This document shows positions 29,449 through 39,526 of a DNA stretch of 64,000 nucleotides, in pieces. Made by a program: the position numbers and the translations under genes. Origin of the DNA: Chloroflexota bacterium (GTDB taxonomy: Bacteria > Chloroflexota > Dehalococcoidia > JABGRK01); NCBI GenBank assembly GCA_018648325.1, contig JABGRK010000010.1, forward strand, positions 8,621 through 72,620, given 5' to 3'. Within the stretch, counting starts at the first letter, position 1. Every line of letters starts with the position of its first letter. The notes beneath the pieces are model-generated. The model was given only the letters and a program-made list of their open reading frames with translations. It did no database searches and was not told where the DNA came from.

Positions 29449-30531
29449 CTAAATAGAATCCATCTTGTAATGCACCCCACCAACTTTCAGTTTTTCGGCG
29501 GTATTAAGCTGCACCAGGCTGTTTGTATTATGCATCTGTCCCAGTACATCCGGTGGACCAAACGACACCGTATGCGGAATTATAGGCGACAGGTCTATCA
29601 GATCAAGCGACGCTTTATCCACAGATACCGCATCATCAGAAAATAAAACGCCGATATCAGGAACAATCGGCTGCCCCGATACCTCCATGCAATCGCAATA
29701 AGGCACAATATCCTGTACAAAGTTCATATATCCGATATTGCCTTTGTATGCACCTAAAAAAGCAGCAGTAGCATGAGCCATATAAACCTGTAACAGTTCC
29801 TTGGAACCGGCAGGCCAGACCCATCCCTGGCTCGAGCAGCAGGACAAACAGGTGCCACATGATATGCATTTGACCTCATCCCTGCTCAGACCATCAAACA
29901 CAGCGATCGCACCGGTAGGGCACTCGTCAACACATTGGCCACATAAATCACAGGCCTCCTGATTAAACTGGGGACGGGCAACGTCGTGCTGCAGCCTCTT
30001 GGTTTCGGTGGAAACACATCCCATCGCAAGATTTTTCACCGCACCACCAAAACCGGCAAGCTCATGCCCCTTCACATGAGACAGCGCAATGATGCAATCG
30101 GCATCAAGCAGCACAGCGGGGATTTTCACCTCGTCAAGCTGGCAACCATCAACAGGGTCGTCTATTTTAACCACCACCTGTTTATCGCTATCATCCGCGA
30201 TGACGATAGGTGCGCCTATGCTGCCTTTGCTAAAACCGTTCGTCGCTGCGGTACTAAGGTATTTGCGTTTGGTATCACGACTCCCTGGATACGATGCAAC
30301 GGTATCAAAAAGAAAAGGCTTCCCGCCTTTTTCCTTCACCAGCCTGACCACACTGCTCACAAAAAACGGCCTTAAATAGCGAATATTGCCCAGCTCACCC
30401 ATATGTAATTTGATAGCAACCGACCCTTCATCGGGTATGGCATCGATAAAACCGGACTGCACCAGAAGCCTGTTAATGCCTTCGATATGATCATTGCCTT
30501 TAAGATAATCAAAAAAAAGAACCTGTGACAC
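29449..30531 (-). CDS. DUF362 Fe-S protein
   Basis: IKLHMGELGN, SHVKGHELAGFGGAVKNLAMGC, two CxxCxxCxxxC motifs, PYCDC. Confidence 0.88.
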   Translation of the reverse strand: MSQVLFFDYLKGNDHIEGINRLLVQSGFIDAIPDEGSVAIKLHMGELGNIRYLRPFFVSSVVRLVKEKGGKPFLFDTVASYPGSRDTKRKYLSTAATNGFSKGSIGAPIVIADDSDKQVVVKIDDPVDGCQLDEVKIPAVLLDADCIIALSHVKGHELAGFGGAVKNLAMGCVSTETKRLQHDVARPQFNQEACDLCGQCVDECPTGAIAVFDGLSRDEVKCISCGTCLSCCSSQGWVWPAGSKELLQVYMAHATAAFLGAYKGNIGYMNFVQDIVPYCDCMEVSGQPIVPDIGVLFSDDAVSVDKASLDLIDLSPIIPHTVSFGPPDVLGQMHNTNSLVQLNTAEKLKVGGVHYKMDSI

Positions 30532-30786
30532 GATATTCCCCCATAAAGCCTCTTTTATTATCGATGTATTATAGCACTTCTTTAACCTTAAACAAGTAAA
30601 AGCTCAAGTGACGATAAACCGGCTTTGTAACCAATTCTATGCTGCTATCGTATTTACTCGATTACCCTCTACCAAATATAAAATGTGATTTTTTTGTGAT
30701 ACATACGTATCAATATGTAATAATCATGATAGAGCAGTATTATAGACTGCAAAGTATCAAATATATCATGATACCGGAGGCATCTC

Positions 30787-31170
30787 ATGGAAACACCGAG
30801 CATTCTTGTTGTAGACGATGAACCTGGGATACTGGAAACCGTCTATGACATACTGGATATCAAAGGATACAAGGTTGCAATGGCAGAAAACGGTGCCAAA
30901 GGCGTGGCGTTAGTTAGCAAACAATACTTCGATATTGTTTTAATTGATATCGTCATGCCAGAAATGAATGGAGTTGAAGCCTATAACCACATTAAACGTA
31001 TCTCCCCGGATACACGGGTAATTATGATGACCGGATATGGCTCTGACCACCCGTTGGTCAAAAGTGCCCTCAAAAGCGGGGTTGAACGCCTACTGCACAA
31101 GCCTTTTGAAATCAAGAACATGCTGGGCGTCATAGACGAAGCTGTAAATCACGCCCCAATGCTAGTCTAG
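30787..31170 (+). CDS. Single-domain response regulator
   Basis: ILVVDDE, LIDIVMPEMNG, MTGY, KPF; GGAGG SD. Confidence 0.92.
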   Translation: METPSILVVDDEPGILETVYDILDIKGYKVAMAENGAKGVALVSKQYFDIVLIDIVMPEMNGVEAYNHIKRISPDTRVIMMTGYGSDHPLVKSALKSGVERLLHKPFEIKNMLGVIDEAVNHAPMLV

Positions 31171-31287
31171 CTGGAAAATACTTACTATCCCAACTGGTAT
31201 CTCAAAACATGCTTGCCGCATGAAATTACAGCCACACGTATACTGTTTATTCAACCGCAATTATCGTTACTGATCTGCATTTAGGTA

Positions 31288-31315
31288 TTGACAGCCTGCA
31301 TAGCTATGCTAACAT
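31288..31315 (+). promoter_or_regulatory. Promoter of tRNA-Arg
   Basis: TTGACA-N16-TAACAT with TG extension. Confidence 0.6.
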
Positions 31316-31390
31316 ATATATGTGAGGTTTTCGCACTTGACTCCCAGGTACAAGCCAAGGAGCTGCCCCCAAAAAGCCTGATACATATAC

Positions 31391-31467
<77 letters not shown>

Positions 31468-31480
31468 TTTTTTGAAGCTA

Positions 31481-31518
31481 AATAAGCCCTATACTATTAA
31501 TCGGTATAGGGTTTTATT
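31481..31518 (+). terminator. Terminator after tRNA-Arg
   Basis: CCCTATAC...GTATAGGG stem followed by TTTTATT. Confidence 0.7.
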
Positions 31519-31524
31519 ATTGAA

Positions 31525-31545
31525 TGGCACTAATTTGGCACTAAT
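31525..31545. repeat. Tandem 10-bp direct repeat, integrase arm-site-like
   Basis: TGGCACTAAT-T-TGGCACTAAT, about 57 bp after tRNA 3' end. Confidence 0.6.
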
Positions 31546-31739
31546 CAGATTCAATAGTACATCCATATAGTTATCCCGATGATTATACCGATGTTAACTG
31601 AGGTAATAGCCTAACCGACTCTTTTTGACTTTTAGAATTATAGTGCATGAAAAACAAACATCCCTATGTTCGTACGGTAGAAGAGGTTGATAGTCTTTTC
31701 AAACGACTGATCATGAATGGCCTTAGAGACGTATTGGGA

Positions 31740-33908
31740 TTAAGTTAGCTCTGTTACCAGAATACGAGCATCCACAACCGTATAACCCTGACCTTTGGGC
31801 ATAACCTTAACCGGATTAAAGTCCAGCTCTGCAATCTCAGGGATGTCCTCAATCAGCGCGGACAATCTCAACAGCAGATCGATAAGTGATTTCTTGTCGC
31901 TGGGTGGCGCGCCTCTGAAGCCGTCAAAAAGCTTGGCCATTTTTATAGAGTCAATCAACTCCTCGGCACTCAGATCCGTCAACGGATGCAGCCTTACAGA
32001 AACATCGTTTAAAAGCTCGGAGTAGATGCCACCGGTACCAAACATTATCAGCGGCCCAAACAGCTTGTCCTGCGTAACGCCAACTATCGTTTCAAAGCTG
32101 CCTTTAACCATAGGCTGCACCATCACCCCGTCCATCTCGCTTTCGCGCCCCAATACCACAAGCTGCTCTTTGATGTCATTGAATGCATCTCCAACCTTGC
32201 TTCTAGTTCTTACGTCAACCATAACGCCACCCACCTCAGTCTTGTGCAAGATGGTCGACGAGTTGAGTTTAACAACTACCGGAAGTCCGATATTTGATGC
32301 AATATCCTCCGCGTCCCTGGACGTTCTGGCAACGTGCGTTTCGATAAAATTAATGCCATAGCAACCCAGCAGTGTCGCAATATCAATTGTGTTTAGCCAA
32401 AAAGCCCCACGTTTACTTTCTGCAAGCAACTTATCTATGAGTGCTCTGGCCTCTTCTTTTCTGATGTCTCCCAGTTCAGGTATTACACCCTTGGGTATTT
32501 TAAGCAGATTGTTATGGCACGTCGCTCGTGAAATTGCTCTAATTGCATCCTCTGGGAAGAGATATGTAGGTACATAATGACGCTTGGACCCCAGTTTCTC
32601 GATTATGCCATGCTGCCCAATAAAGCAGGAAACAATGGGTTTATCTTGCTGAGCAAAAAGAGGCGCCACATCTCCTATGGCATTTGCCATTTCATTGGTG
32701 CCCATAGTGGTGGGCGGTATGAATATGGTAAGTACACTGTCGTAGTTCGGATCAGTAGCCAGCATACTCAAAACTTTCTTAAAAACATCGGGAGATGCAC
32801 CGGCAGTCAGATCAAGCGGGTTATTTATCCTGATATCACGTGTGATCATGGCACTTATTTTTTGGGCCGTTTCCTTCTTGAACTGTGGCAGTGCCAACCC
32901 ACTGCGCTCGGCAAAATCAGCACTCATGGTTCCCGGTCCACCGCCATTGGTCACGATGGCAATACGATTACCTTTTGGAAGAGGTTGATTTGACAGAAGT
33001 GCAGCCAGATCAAACAACTCCTCCACCGAATCCACACGTATGATGCCCGCCTGATTGAACAGCGCTTCCGACACTATTCCCGGAGTGGCCAGCGCGCCGG
33101 TATGCGACAGAGCCGCCCTTGAACCGGCAGGGGTATTACCGCTTTTTACGGCCACAATCGGTTTTGTGGCCGAAATTCGCTTGGCGATACGGGCAAACCT
33201 TCTGGGATTTCCAAACGACTCAAGATAAAGCAATATTACTTTCGTTACTTCATCTTTCTCCCAGTATTCCAGCATATCGTTTGTAGATACATCGGCGCGA
33301 TTACCCACACTAATGAATGTGGATATACCTATATTCAAATCACTGGCATGTCGCAGTGTGACCAGCCCCATAGCACCGCTCTGTGAGAGGAAAGCGACAT
33401 TTCCAGCAGGGGGGAAAACTTTTGAAAACGTGGCGTTCAGATTAATTGCGGGATCGGTGTTGATAACACCCATGCAGTTGGGACCCACCAGACGCATGCC
33501 ATATTTTCTGGCGATATTGCGCAGCAAACTCTCGTTTTTGACACCTATGGGCCCACGCTCTCTGAAACCGTCGGAGATAACTACCATGGCACGCACACCC
33601 TTGCGTCCGCACTCGTCAGCCACCGTGAGCACAGCCCTGGTCGGAACAACAATGATTGCCAGGTCAACATCGCCGGGTACGTCAAGTACTGATGGATAGG
33701 TTTTGATCGACATGGTGGCCTCTGCATTAGGGTTGACTGGATAGATAACACCAGTGAAATCAGCATCCAGCAACGAGCGTAGGATTATGTGGCCCAGTGT
33801 GCCCACTCCTCTGGATGCGCCGATTACCGCCACCGAGCGCGGCGACAACACGGGTGTAAGCGTATCTATACTGGGACGCGTTTTCTTTTTCTTTAATACA
33901 TCAGCCAT
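31740..33908 (-). CDS. ADP-forming acyl-CoA synthetase (fused alpha-beta ACD)
   Basis: PRSVAVIGAS, VGPNCMG, SQSGA, SHTGAL (alpha His), HKTEVGGV (beta His), ELDFNP; no GNAT domain. Confidence 0.9.
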   Translation of the reverse strand: MADVLKKKKTRPSIDTLTPVLSPRSVAVIGASRGVGTLGHIILRSLLDADFTGVIYPVNPNAEATMSIKTYPSVLDVPGDVDLAIIVVPTRAVLTVADECGRKGVRAMVVISDGFRERGPIGVKNESLLRNIARKYGMRLVGPNCMGVINTDPAINLNATFSKVFPPAGNVAFLSQSGAMGLVTLRHASDLNIGISTFISVGNRADVSTNDMLEYWEKDEVTKVILLYLESFGNPRRFARIAKRISATKPIVAVKSGNTPAGSRAALSHTGALATPGIVSEALFNQAGIIRVDSVEELFDLAALLSNQPLPKGNRIAIVTNGGGPGTMSADFAERSGLALPQFKKETAQKISAMITRDIRINNPLDLTAGASPDVFKKVLSMLATDPNYDSVLTIFIPPTTMGTNEMANAIGDVAPLFAQQDKPIVSCFIGQHGIIEKLGSKRHYVPTYLFPEDAIRAISRATCHNNLLKIPKGVIPELGDIRKEEARALIDKLLAESKRGAFWLNTIDIATLLGCYGINFIETHVARTSRDAEDIASNIGLPVVVKLNSSTILHKTEVGGVMVDVRTRSKVGDAFNDIKEQLVVLGRESEMDGVMVQPMVKGSFETIVGVTQDKLFGPLIMFGTGGIYSELLNDVSVRLHPLTDLSAEELIDSIKMAKLFDGFRGAPPSDKKSLIDLLLRLSALIEDIPEIAELDFNPVKVMPKGQGYTVVDARILVTELT

Positions 33909-33993
33909 AAGTACACCAGATAATAAACGAAAACGGCGCTGCTGGCAATAATCAACCTGTAAATATACCTGCAACACCGTTTAATTTGTTAAT

Positions 33994-35271
33994 TTAACGA
34001 CTCTTGTTGGAAACCCACCCACGCAGCTTCATTACATCCACCACACGCTGTACCGCCAATACGTAGGCCGCCTCTCTCATAGATATGTCATATTTCCTGC
34101 TGGTGTCCAGCACGGAACGGTAGGCAGTAGTCATTTTGCGATTAAGCAGTTCGTGAACTTCGTCCTCCCGCCAAGAGTACATGTACGAGTTCTGCACCAT
34201 CTCAATATAAGAAACGGTTACACCGCCGGCATTGCACAGGAAATCGGGAATGAGATGCACACCATTTTCACGCAAAATGTCATCAGCCTCTGGTGTGGTA
34301 GGACCGTTGGCCAGCTCTGCAACAATTTTGGCTTTGATGTTATGAGCGTTTTCATCTGTAATGGCGTTCTCCATGGCAGCGGGGATCAGTATATCCGCAT
34401 CAAGTTCAAGTACCTGTTCCTTCGTAATATATTCCGCCTCCGGCAGGTTACACACCGAACCTGTAGCCTGTTTGCACTCCAGCGCAGCTTCCGGATCAAT
34501 GCCCTTCTCACTATATACGCCGCCCTTACTATCGCAAAGACCAATTATTTTGGAACCATGGAGCTCGCTCATCAACCGTGCCGCATGATAACCGGCATTA
34601 CCATAACCTTGTATGACAACAGTTGCTTTGCTTAGATCAATTCCCAGCACCTCAGCCGCCTCACGAATGGTATAAACGCCACCACGCGCTGTGGCATCAT
34701 GTCTAGCCGGAGAACCGCCGACGGTCAGCGGTTTGCCAGTAATAACACCGAACTGAGGTGGTTTGCCCTGCATCACCGAGTACTCATCCATCATCCATGC
34801 CATGATCTGTGGGGTGGTATAGACATCGGGAGCAGGCACGTCCCTCTCTGGCCCTATGAACTGGAATATGGCTCTGATATAGGCTCGGCTCAAGCGTTCC
34901 AACTCGCGTTGCGACAACTGCTTGGGGTCACAAATGATGCCACCCTTAGCCCCACCTAGAGGCAGGTCTACCAACGAAGTTTTCCATGTCATCAATGTAG
35001 CCAGCGCACGGATAGTATCGATGGTCTCCTCAGGATGAAACCTAATACCGCCCTTAGTAATACCCCTAGCATCATTATGCTGAACCCTGAAACCCTGAAA
35101 CACTTTGACGGAGCCATCATCCATATGAAGAGGCAGAGATACATGCAACTCCCGCATTGGACTCTTCAGGATAGCAACTATATCGGGGTCCATATTAAGA
35201 ATGTCGGCACATCTGTCAATCTGCTTTTTAACAACCTCAAACGGATTATTTGAAACCTTTGTCTCTAACAT
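33994..35271 (-). CDS. gdhA: Glu/Leu/Phe/Val dehydrogenase, glutamate dehydrogenase-like
   Basis: [55 protein letters not shown]. Confidence 0.9.
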   Translation of the reverse strand: MLETKVSNNPFEVVKKQIDRCADILNMDPDIVAILKSPMRELHVSLPLHMDDGSVKVFQGFRVQHNDARGITKGGIRFHPEETIDTIRALATLMTWKTSLVDLPLGGAKGGIICDPKQLSQRELERLSRAYIRAIFQFIGPERDVPAPDVYTTPQIMAWMMDEYSVMQGKPPQFGVITGKPLTVGGSPARHDATARGGVYTIREAAEVLGIDLSKATVVIQGYGNAGYHAARLMSELHGSKIIGLCDSKGGVYSEKGIDPEAALECKQATGSVCNLPEAEYITKEQVLELDADILIPAAMENAITDENAHNIKAKIVAELANGPTTPEADDILRENGVHLIPDFLCNAGGVTVSYIEMVQNSYMYSWREDEVHELLNRKMTTAYRSVLDTSRKYDISMREAAYVLAVQRVVDVMKLRGWVSNKSR

Positions 35272-35366
35272 CGCTTATCCCATCCTTTCGCCTGATATGA
35301 TACAAATCCTGGTATTATATACTTCTCCAACAGTTCTATGGAGTACTGTTACCTGTTATTCTGTAT

Positions 35367-35393
35367 TTCGTAATACGAACTTCGCATTACGAA
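35367..35393. promoter_or_regulatory. Tandem operator boxes
   Basis: TTCGTAATACGAA-C-TTCGCATTACGAA just downstream of gdh promoter. Confidence 0.8.
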
Positions 35394-35404
35394 ATATCTC
35401 AAAA

Positions 35405-35433
35405 ATATTACATCCTGCCAGTATCTATGTCAA
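35405..35433 (-). promoter_or_regulatory. Sigma70-type promoter of gdh-acd
   Basis: TTGACA-N17-TAATAT on minus strand. Confidence 0.7.
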
Positions 35434-35475
35434 CACAAAACTCAATCATTATTTTGCTCAACTTAGCTTAAAACT

Positions 35476-35979
35476 TCAATACGCGACATATGGTGGATCG
35501 GTGAATTGCGGCGGAATCCACCAGTTCTTTATATCCACCAATTCATTTAGCGCATTATCTCGTAATATACGGAAAAATGACTCAGCATATTTTAGCTGCT
35601 TAGGCGGCAATACTGATATCAAACGCCGCAGGATAGACAATTTCGTTATTTGTTCATAAACTTTCTCGCCCTTTGATGTCAAGACTACCTTAACACCGTT
35701 TTTCCGTTTACTATCTTTCTCTTTACGAATGAGCCCCATCTTAACAACCCGGTTGATAAGTTCAGTTACCGTATGAGATTCCCTTATCAACCTTTTTGAT
35801 ATCTCAGTTGGAGTACAATCGCCCTCCAACTGTTTCACGATAGATATTAGTGTGGCCTGATTCGGCGTAATTCCCAGGCTCCTTAACTCCCTTTCCCTCA
35901 CTTTGGACATAGCAAGATGCGCCTGCTGAAACAGAATCCAAAACAAATATGCCGCGTCATCATTTAGGGCATCTTTCAT
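35476..35979 (-). CDS. MarR family regulator
   Basis: GITPNQ..TPTEISKRL..TVTELINRVVKMGLIRKEKD..VVLTSKG. Confidence 0.9.
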   Translation of the reverse strand: MKDALNDDAAYLFWILFQQAHLAMSKVRERELRSLGITPNQATLISIVKQLEGDCTPTEISKRLIRESHTVTELINRVVKMGLIRKEKDSKRKNGVKVVLTSKGEKVYEQITKLSILRRLISVLPPKQLKYAESFFRILRDNALNELVDIKNWWIPPQFTDPPYVAY

Positions 35980-36054
35980 TAACTACCTCTTAAAATATTC
36001 TTGTCAGATGCAACAATTCAAGTTCATTCCACAATGTTACCACTACAATAATAT

Positions 36055-36067
36055 ATCGTAACACGAG
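36055..36067. promoter_or_regulatory. Single operator-like box upstream of first marR
   Basis: ATCGTAACACGAG, fits TCG-N5-CGA. Confidence 0.55.
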
Positions 36068-36216
36068 CTATTTTAACACCTCAAAAATAAAACTGCAACC
36101 CCCCAACTATCCACATTCCTTTGCTGCACGATTAACCGCCTATCGAACCTGCTAAAGCTTCTTCAGGTCCAATCCAAAGCTGCAAAAACCACTTTGGAAC
36201 TAATTATATCCGGCTC

Positions 36217-36271
36217 TTGACAAGATTAATATACGTGCCATATACTCGCATTACGAATTTAGGCATACGAA
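36217..36271 (+). promoter_or_regulatory. Orphan promoter with tandem operator boxes
   Basis: TTGACA-N18-TATACT, then CTCGCATTACGAA-T-TTAGGCATACGAA. Confidence 0.65.
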
Positions 36272-36631
36272 TATTAAATAACCTAGTACTCTAATAGTAA
36301 TAATTTTGGGATATAACAATTAAAAAGCCTCCCTTTCACGGCGTAGTAGGTAGGAAAAGCTGATTGGCTTCTTTAGAGCGTCCTGCCTATTGCGCATCTT
36401 TTTTTAAAAGAAGACCGTCGAGATATAAATCACCCTGCATCGCTAAGCGAATAGTATTGACGGTAAAAAGATGCCTTGATGGAGACCCTGTTTGAACTGG
36501 ATGAGTAATTGAGGAAAACAGTTTACAGTAAATATTGAGCCGGGCACGGCGCTTACCTATATAAGACATCAGAGCAGCCTGTTTACCGTGCAGTTTCTAT
36601 TAGTACATTAACACTATATATTGTAGAGCTA

Positions 36632-37129
36632 TTAGTCTAGTGACGCTAACCGCTTGGCATTTTTATACATGGTCTTAATTGCAGCGTCACCTAGTGTATC
36701 CAGATAGGTTATGAGGCTTTGACGTCTTCTGGGCGTAACTTTTGAAAATATCTTGGAGAAATACTCAACCTGCCTAGATTGACTATGTAATTCCTCTCCC
36801 AACTCAGTCATTTCAACCCGTACCATGTTCCGTCGCTCTAAATCCTGCACTTTCCTTACCATACCTTGTTCAACCATGCGATCTATAAGCTCGGTAGTGG
36901 TGCTGGGGGCCTTCAGAAGTTGCTTGGATATCTCTGCTGGGGTGGAATCAGCCTGGGTATTTTTCGTGCTATGGATAATAGCAAGAACCGTCGACTGAGC
37001 CATAGACAGCCCTATTTTTTTTAGTTCTTTCTCGCGCAGCTTTCGTAAAAAGTAATGGGTCCGCATAAGCGCTACCCATAGCGGGTAATTGTCTATAGCA
37101 ACCTTCTTGCCCATGAAATAGCCTCCCAT
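36632..37129 (-). CDS. MarR family regulator
   Basis: GLSMAQ..TPAEISKQL..TTTELIDRMVEQGMVRKVQD..VEMTELG. Confidence 0.9.
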   Translation of the reverse strand: MGGYFMGKKVAIDNYPLWVALMRTHYFLRKLREKELKKIGLSMAQSTVLAIIHSTKNTQADSTPAEISKQLLKAPSTTTELIDRMVEQGMVRKVQDLERRNMVRVEMTELGEELHSQSRQVEYFSKIFSKVTPRRRQSLITYLDTLGDAAIKTMYKNAKRLASLD

Positions 37130-37210
37130 ATCCTTGAATACACCAAAAACGTAACACTATTTAGCACAAACAGAATATCAGAGACACCCTATTTTGTCTA
37201 TATTTGAGGC

Positions 37211-37267
37211 TTGACAAACTGCAAAATATATGGTATTTCTTATGTGCTGCGAAATTCGTAAGACGAA
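37211..37267 (+). promoter_or_regulatory. ABC-operon promoter with tandem operator boxes
   Basis: TTGACA 37211, weak TG-extended -10 near 37234; TATGTGCTGCGAA-A-TTCGTAAGACGAA. Confidence 0.65.
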
Positions 37268-37393
37268 TCGTTTGCGTATTTAGCGGTGGGCTTGAAGTGT
37301 CATTGGTGCGACAAAAACCCTAGGGATTGCAAAATTTACTCTTGCAAGATTGGCTAGGGAAGTGAAATTATACATTATTAAAAGGAGGAATCC

Positions 37394-39322
37394 ATGAAGA
37401 AGCCATTGTTCAAAGTGCTGGCCTTTGTTGGGCTAGCAGCAACCATGATACTCTCATCAGTTCTGGGTGCATGCAGTAGTAGTGTAGTGCCTGGAAACGT
37501 GAGAATAGTTGGTGGGGTGCAAACAAGTAGCGGAATTAGCACACTCAACCCCTTCTGGGCACAAAGATTCCCTAATACCCAATACGTGGGACTCATTATG
37601 GAACCGCTTGTGTACGGCCAGGAAGACGGATCGTCAACCCCCCTTCTGGCAACAGACTGGAGCGTCGACAGTACCGGTAAAATATGGACTGTCAACCTTG
37701 ATCCTGATGCCATGTGGAGTGACGGCGAAGCCTTAACTGCAGATGACGTAGTGTTTACCTTCAAGCAACAGTACGCAAATGCAGGTGAATGGTCACAGGG
37801 CAGGTCAAACGGCGCAATGATGCTAGACATCAACGACGACGGTGAGCCGGATGCTGGTGCGATAGTAGCAGTAGACGATCATACAGTTAAGTTTACCCTG
37901 AATGCTACTTATGCAGAGCAGGTATTCTTGAGTGGACTCAATACCGTATTCATTTGCCCCGAGCACATATGGGCGCCCAAAATTATTGCTTTGGAAGCAG
38001 CAGACAGCAGTATAGAGCAATATGCACTGGAAGAGTCTGCTACCCTAGCAGACGAGCTAATAGGAAGTGGACCATTCCTGTTTAATGAATATGTAGCACT
38101 ACAGTATGTACTGTACGACACAGATCCTGACTATTGGGGAGGCACTCCCGCGATAGTTGATCAGGTCATGCTAAAAATGTACGCGACTGCAGACGGTGCA
38201 ACATTAGCTCTAAAATCCGGAGAAGTAGACATGCTGGCATTGGTAGAGGCAGTGGCAGAAGTGCCTAAGCTTTTACTGGACCAGAACATTACAATCGACA
38301 TTCTTCCAAACTTTAACAGCACCGTGATGTTCTTCCTTAACATGCGCTTCCCGCCATTGCACATTCTGGAAGTCAGGCAGGCCATTGATATGGCTCTAAA
38401 CAAACAGGACTTGATAACATTCGCGCAGTTTGGCTATGGCACACTGCCGAGTATGGTTCCGTTTGCCCCTGGTCTTGCTGAATCCAACGATGATCTCGAA
38501 TGGACAGACACGTACGTTGATTCAAGCGGCGATTTCCTGTCTCTTGCTGCCAGAATTGATAATGCCAATGATTTACTTGACGATGTACCCGGCATGTCAG
38601 CTTTCGTTGCAGGCGAGACAAGAACATGGACGTCTCCGGACCACGCAGTACCCGCCATTCCTTTAAGCTGGGAGGGTCTGTACCTATCGTCCCCGAGCTA
38701 TCAGAGAGCAGCAGAATTGGTTTCTTCTCAGATGGCAGAAATAGGTATTGATATTGTCCCAACCGTAGAGACCGGAGCTTTTGGCCCCAAGGTCTTCAGC
38801 GGATGGCAGGTATTTAACTATGAAACCATTATCTTCGGTTATCCGTCAGATCCTAATTTTGACGGCATGGTCAAGCAATGGGGTCAGCCAGTCTTTGGTG
38901 GAAACTACGATGGATCGGTAGTCGCTTGGAACAATGATCCGAGCATGTCACCGCCAAAGGAAGATGGCTACAGACCACAGGTTTATGATACCCCATATGA
39001 TGAGCCGACAGCCGCCCAAGAGGCCCTATGGCTGGATATTTATGACCAACTCGTAGCGGATGCAGCGGATATCAATGCTGATCTGAGGGCAACAAGGTTC
39101 ATAACAAACTCAACAGCCCGACAAGCGGCCGTCATGCAGGTACAGGAAGACTTCGCTGATGCATTACCGATTGTCAACTTGTACCATCCACAATCAATGT
39201 CAGCTTTTAGAACAGATAGTTTTGAAGGCTGGGGGAATCCCTCAGGCATCTTCCTATATGGGTTTATGCCGGGAACGACCTCTGTCACAACATTGATGAG
39301 GGTGAGTCCTATAGAGGAATAA
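37394..39322 (+). CDS. Family 5 (Opp/Dpp) ABC substrate-binding lipoprotein
   Basis: Lipobox VLGAC, PLLATDW, WSDGEALTADDVVFT, GSGPF, VRQAIDMALNK. Confidence 0.9.
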   Translation: MKKPLFKVLAFVGLAATMILSSVLGACSSSVVPGNVRIVGGVQTSSGISTLNPFWAQRFPNTQYVGLIMEPLVYGQEDGSSTPLLATDWSVDSTGKIWTVNLDPDAMWSDGEALTADDVVFTFKQQYANAGEWSQGRSNGAMMLDINDDGEPDAGAIVAVDDHTVKFTLNATYAEQVFLSGLNTVFICPEHIWAPKIIALEAADSSIEQYALEESATLADELIGSGPFLFNEYVALQYVLYDTDPDYWGGTPAIVDQVMLKMYATADGATLALKSGEVDMLALVEAVAEVPKLLLDQNITIDILPNFNSTVMFFLNMRFPPLHILEVRQAIDMALNKQDLITFAQFGYGTLPSMVPFAPGLAESNDDLEWTDTYVDSSGDFLSLAARIDNANDLLDDVPGMSAFVAGETRTWTSPDHAVPAIPLSWEGLYLSSPSYQRAAELVSSQMAEIGIDIVPTVETGAFGPKVFSGWQVFNYETIIFGYPSDPNFDGMVKQWGQPVFGGNYDGSVVAWNNDPSMSPPKEDGYRPQVYDTPYDEPTAAQEALWLDIYDQLVADAADINADLRATRFITNSTARQAAVMQVQEDFADALPIVNLYHPQSMSAFRTDSFEGWGNPSGIFLYGFMPGTTSVTTLMRVSPIEE

Positions 39323-39387
39323 ATTAACTATTGCTAACGGATAGAAGTGGTAATGGGCTAGAGCCAAAGTAAAAATGATATGTTTAA

Positions 39388-39443
39388 ATGTGCCGCCACC
39401 ATCCGGTTATACTAGAAAGAAAAACCGGATGGTAGTGGCACAT
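39388..39443 (+). terminator. Long stem-loop after substrate-binding gene (stabiliser/attenuator)
   Basis: ATGTGCCGCCACCATCCGGTT...AACCGGATGGTAGTGGCACAT. Confidence 0.7.
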
Positions 39444-39526
39444 GATTTTGTTTGACATTCCCTATCTAAAATATTCAATATCCCTCGACAATAATAATTG
39501 CTGCCAATAAATAGAGAGGTGTTAAA

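Noticed and set aside
31647-31748. 33-codon ORF MKNKHPYVRTVEEV...
   Set aside because: No SD, very short, overlaps the end of acd; insufficient support
31740-33908. Protein lysine acetyltransferase Pat/Pka
   Set aside because: No GNAT domain, and both catalytic His of ADP-forming ACD are present
36328-36344. CCTCCCTTTCACGGCGT resembling a tRNA-Glu anticodon arm
   Set aside because: Stem has two mismatches and no D or T arm flanks it; likely chance
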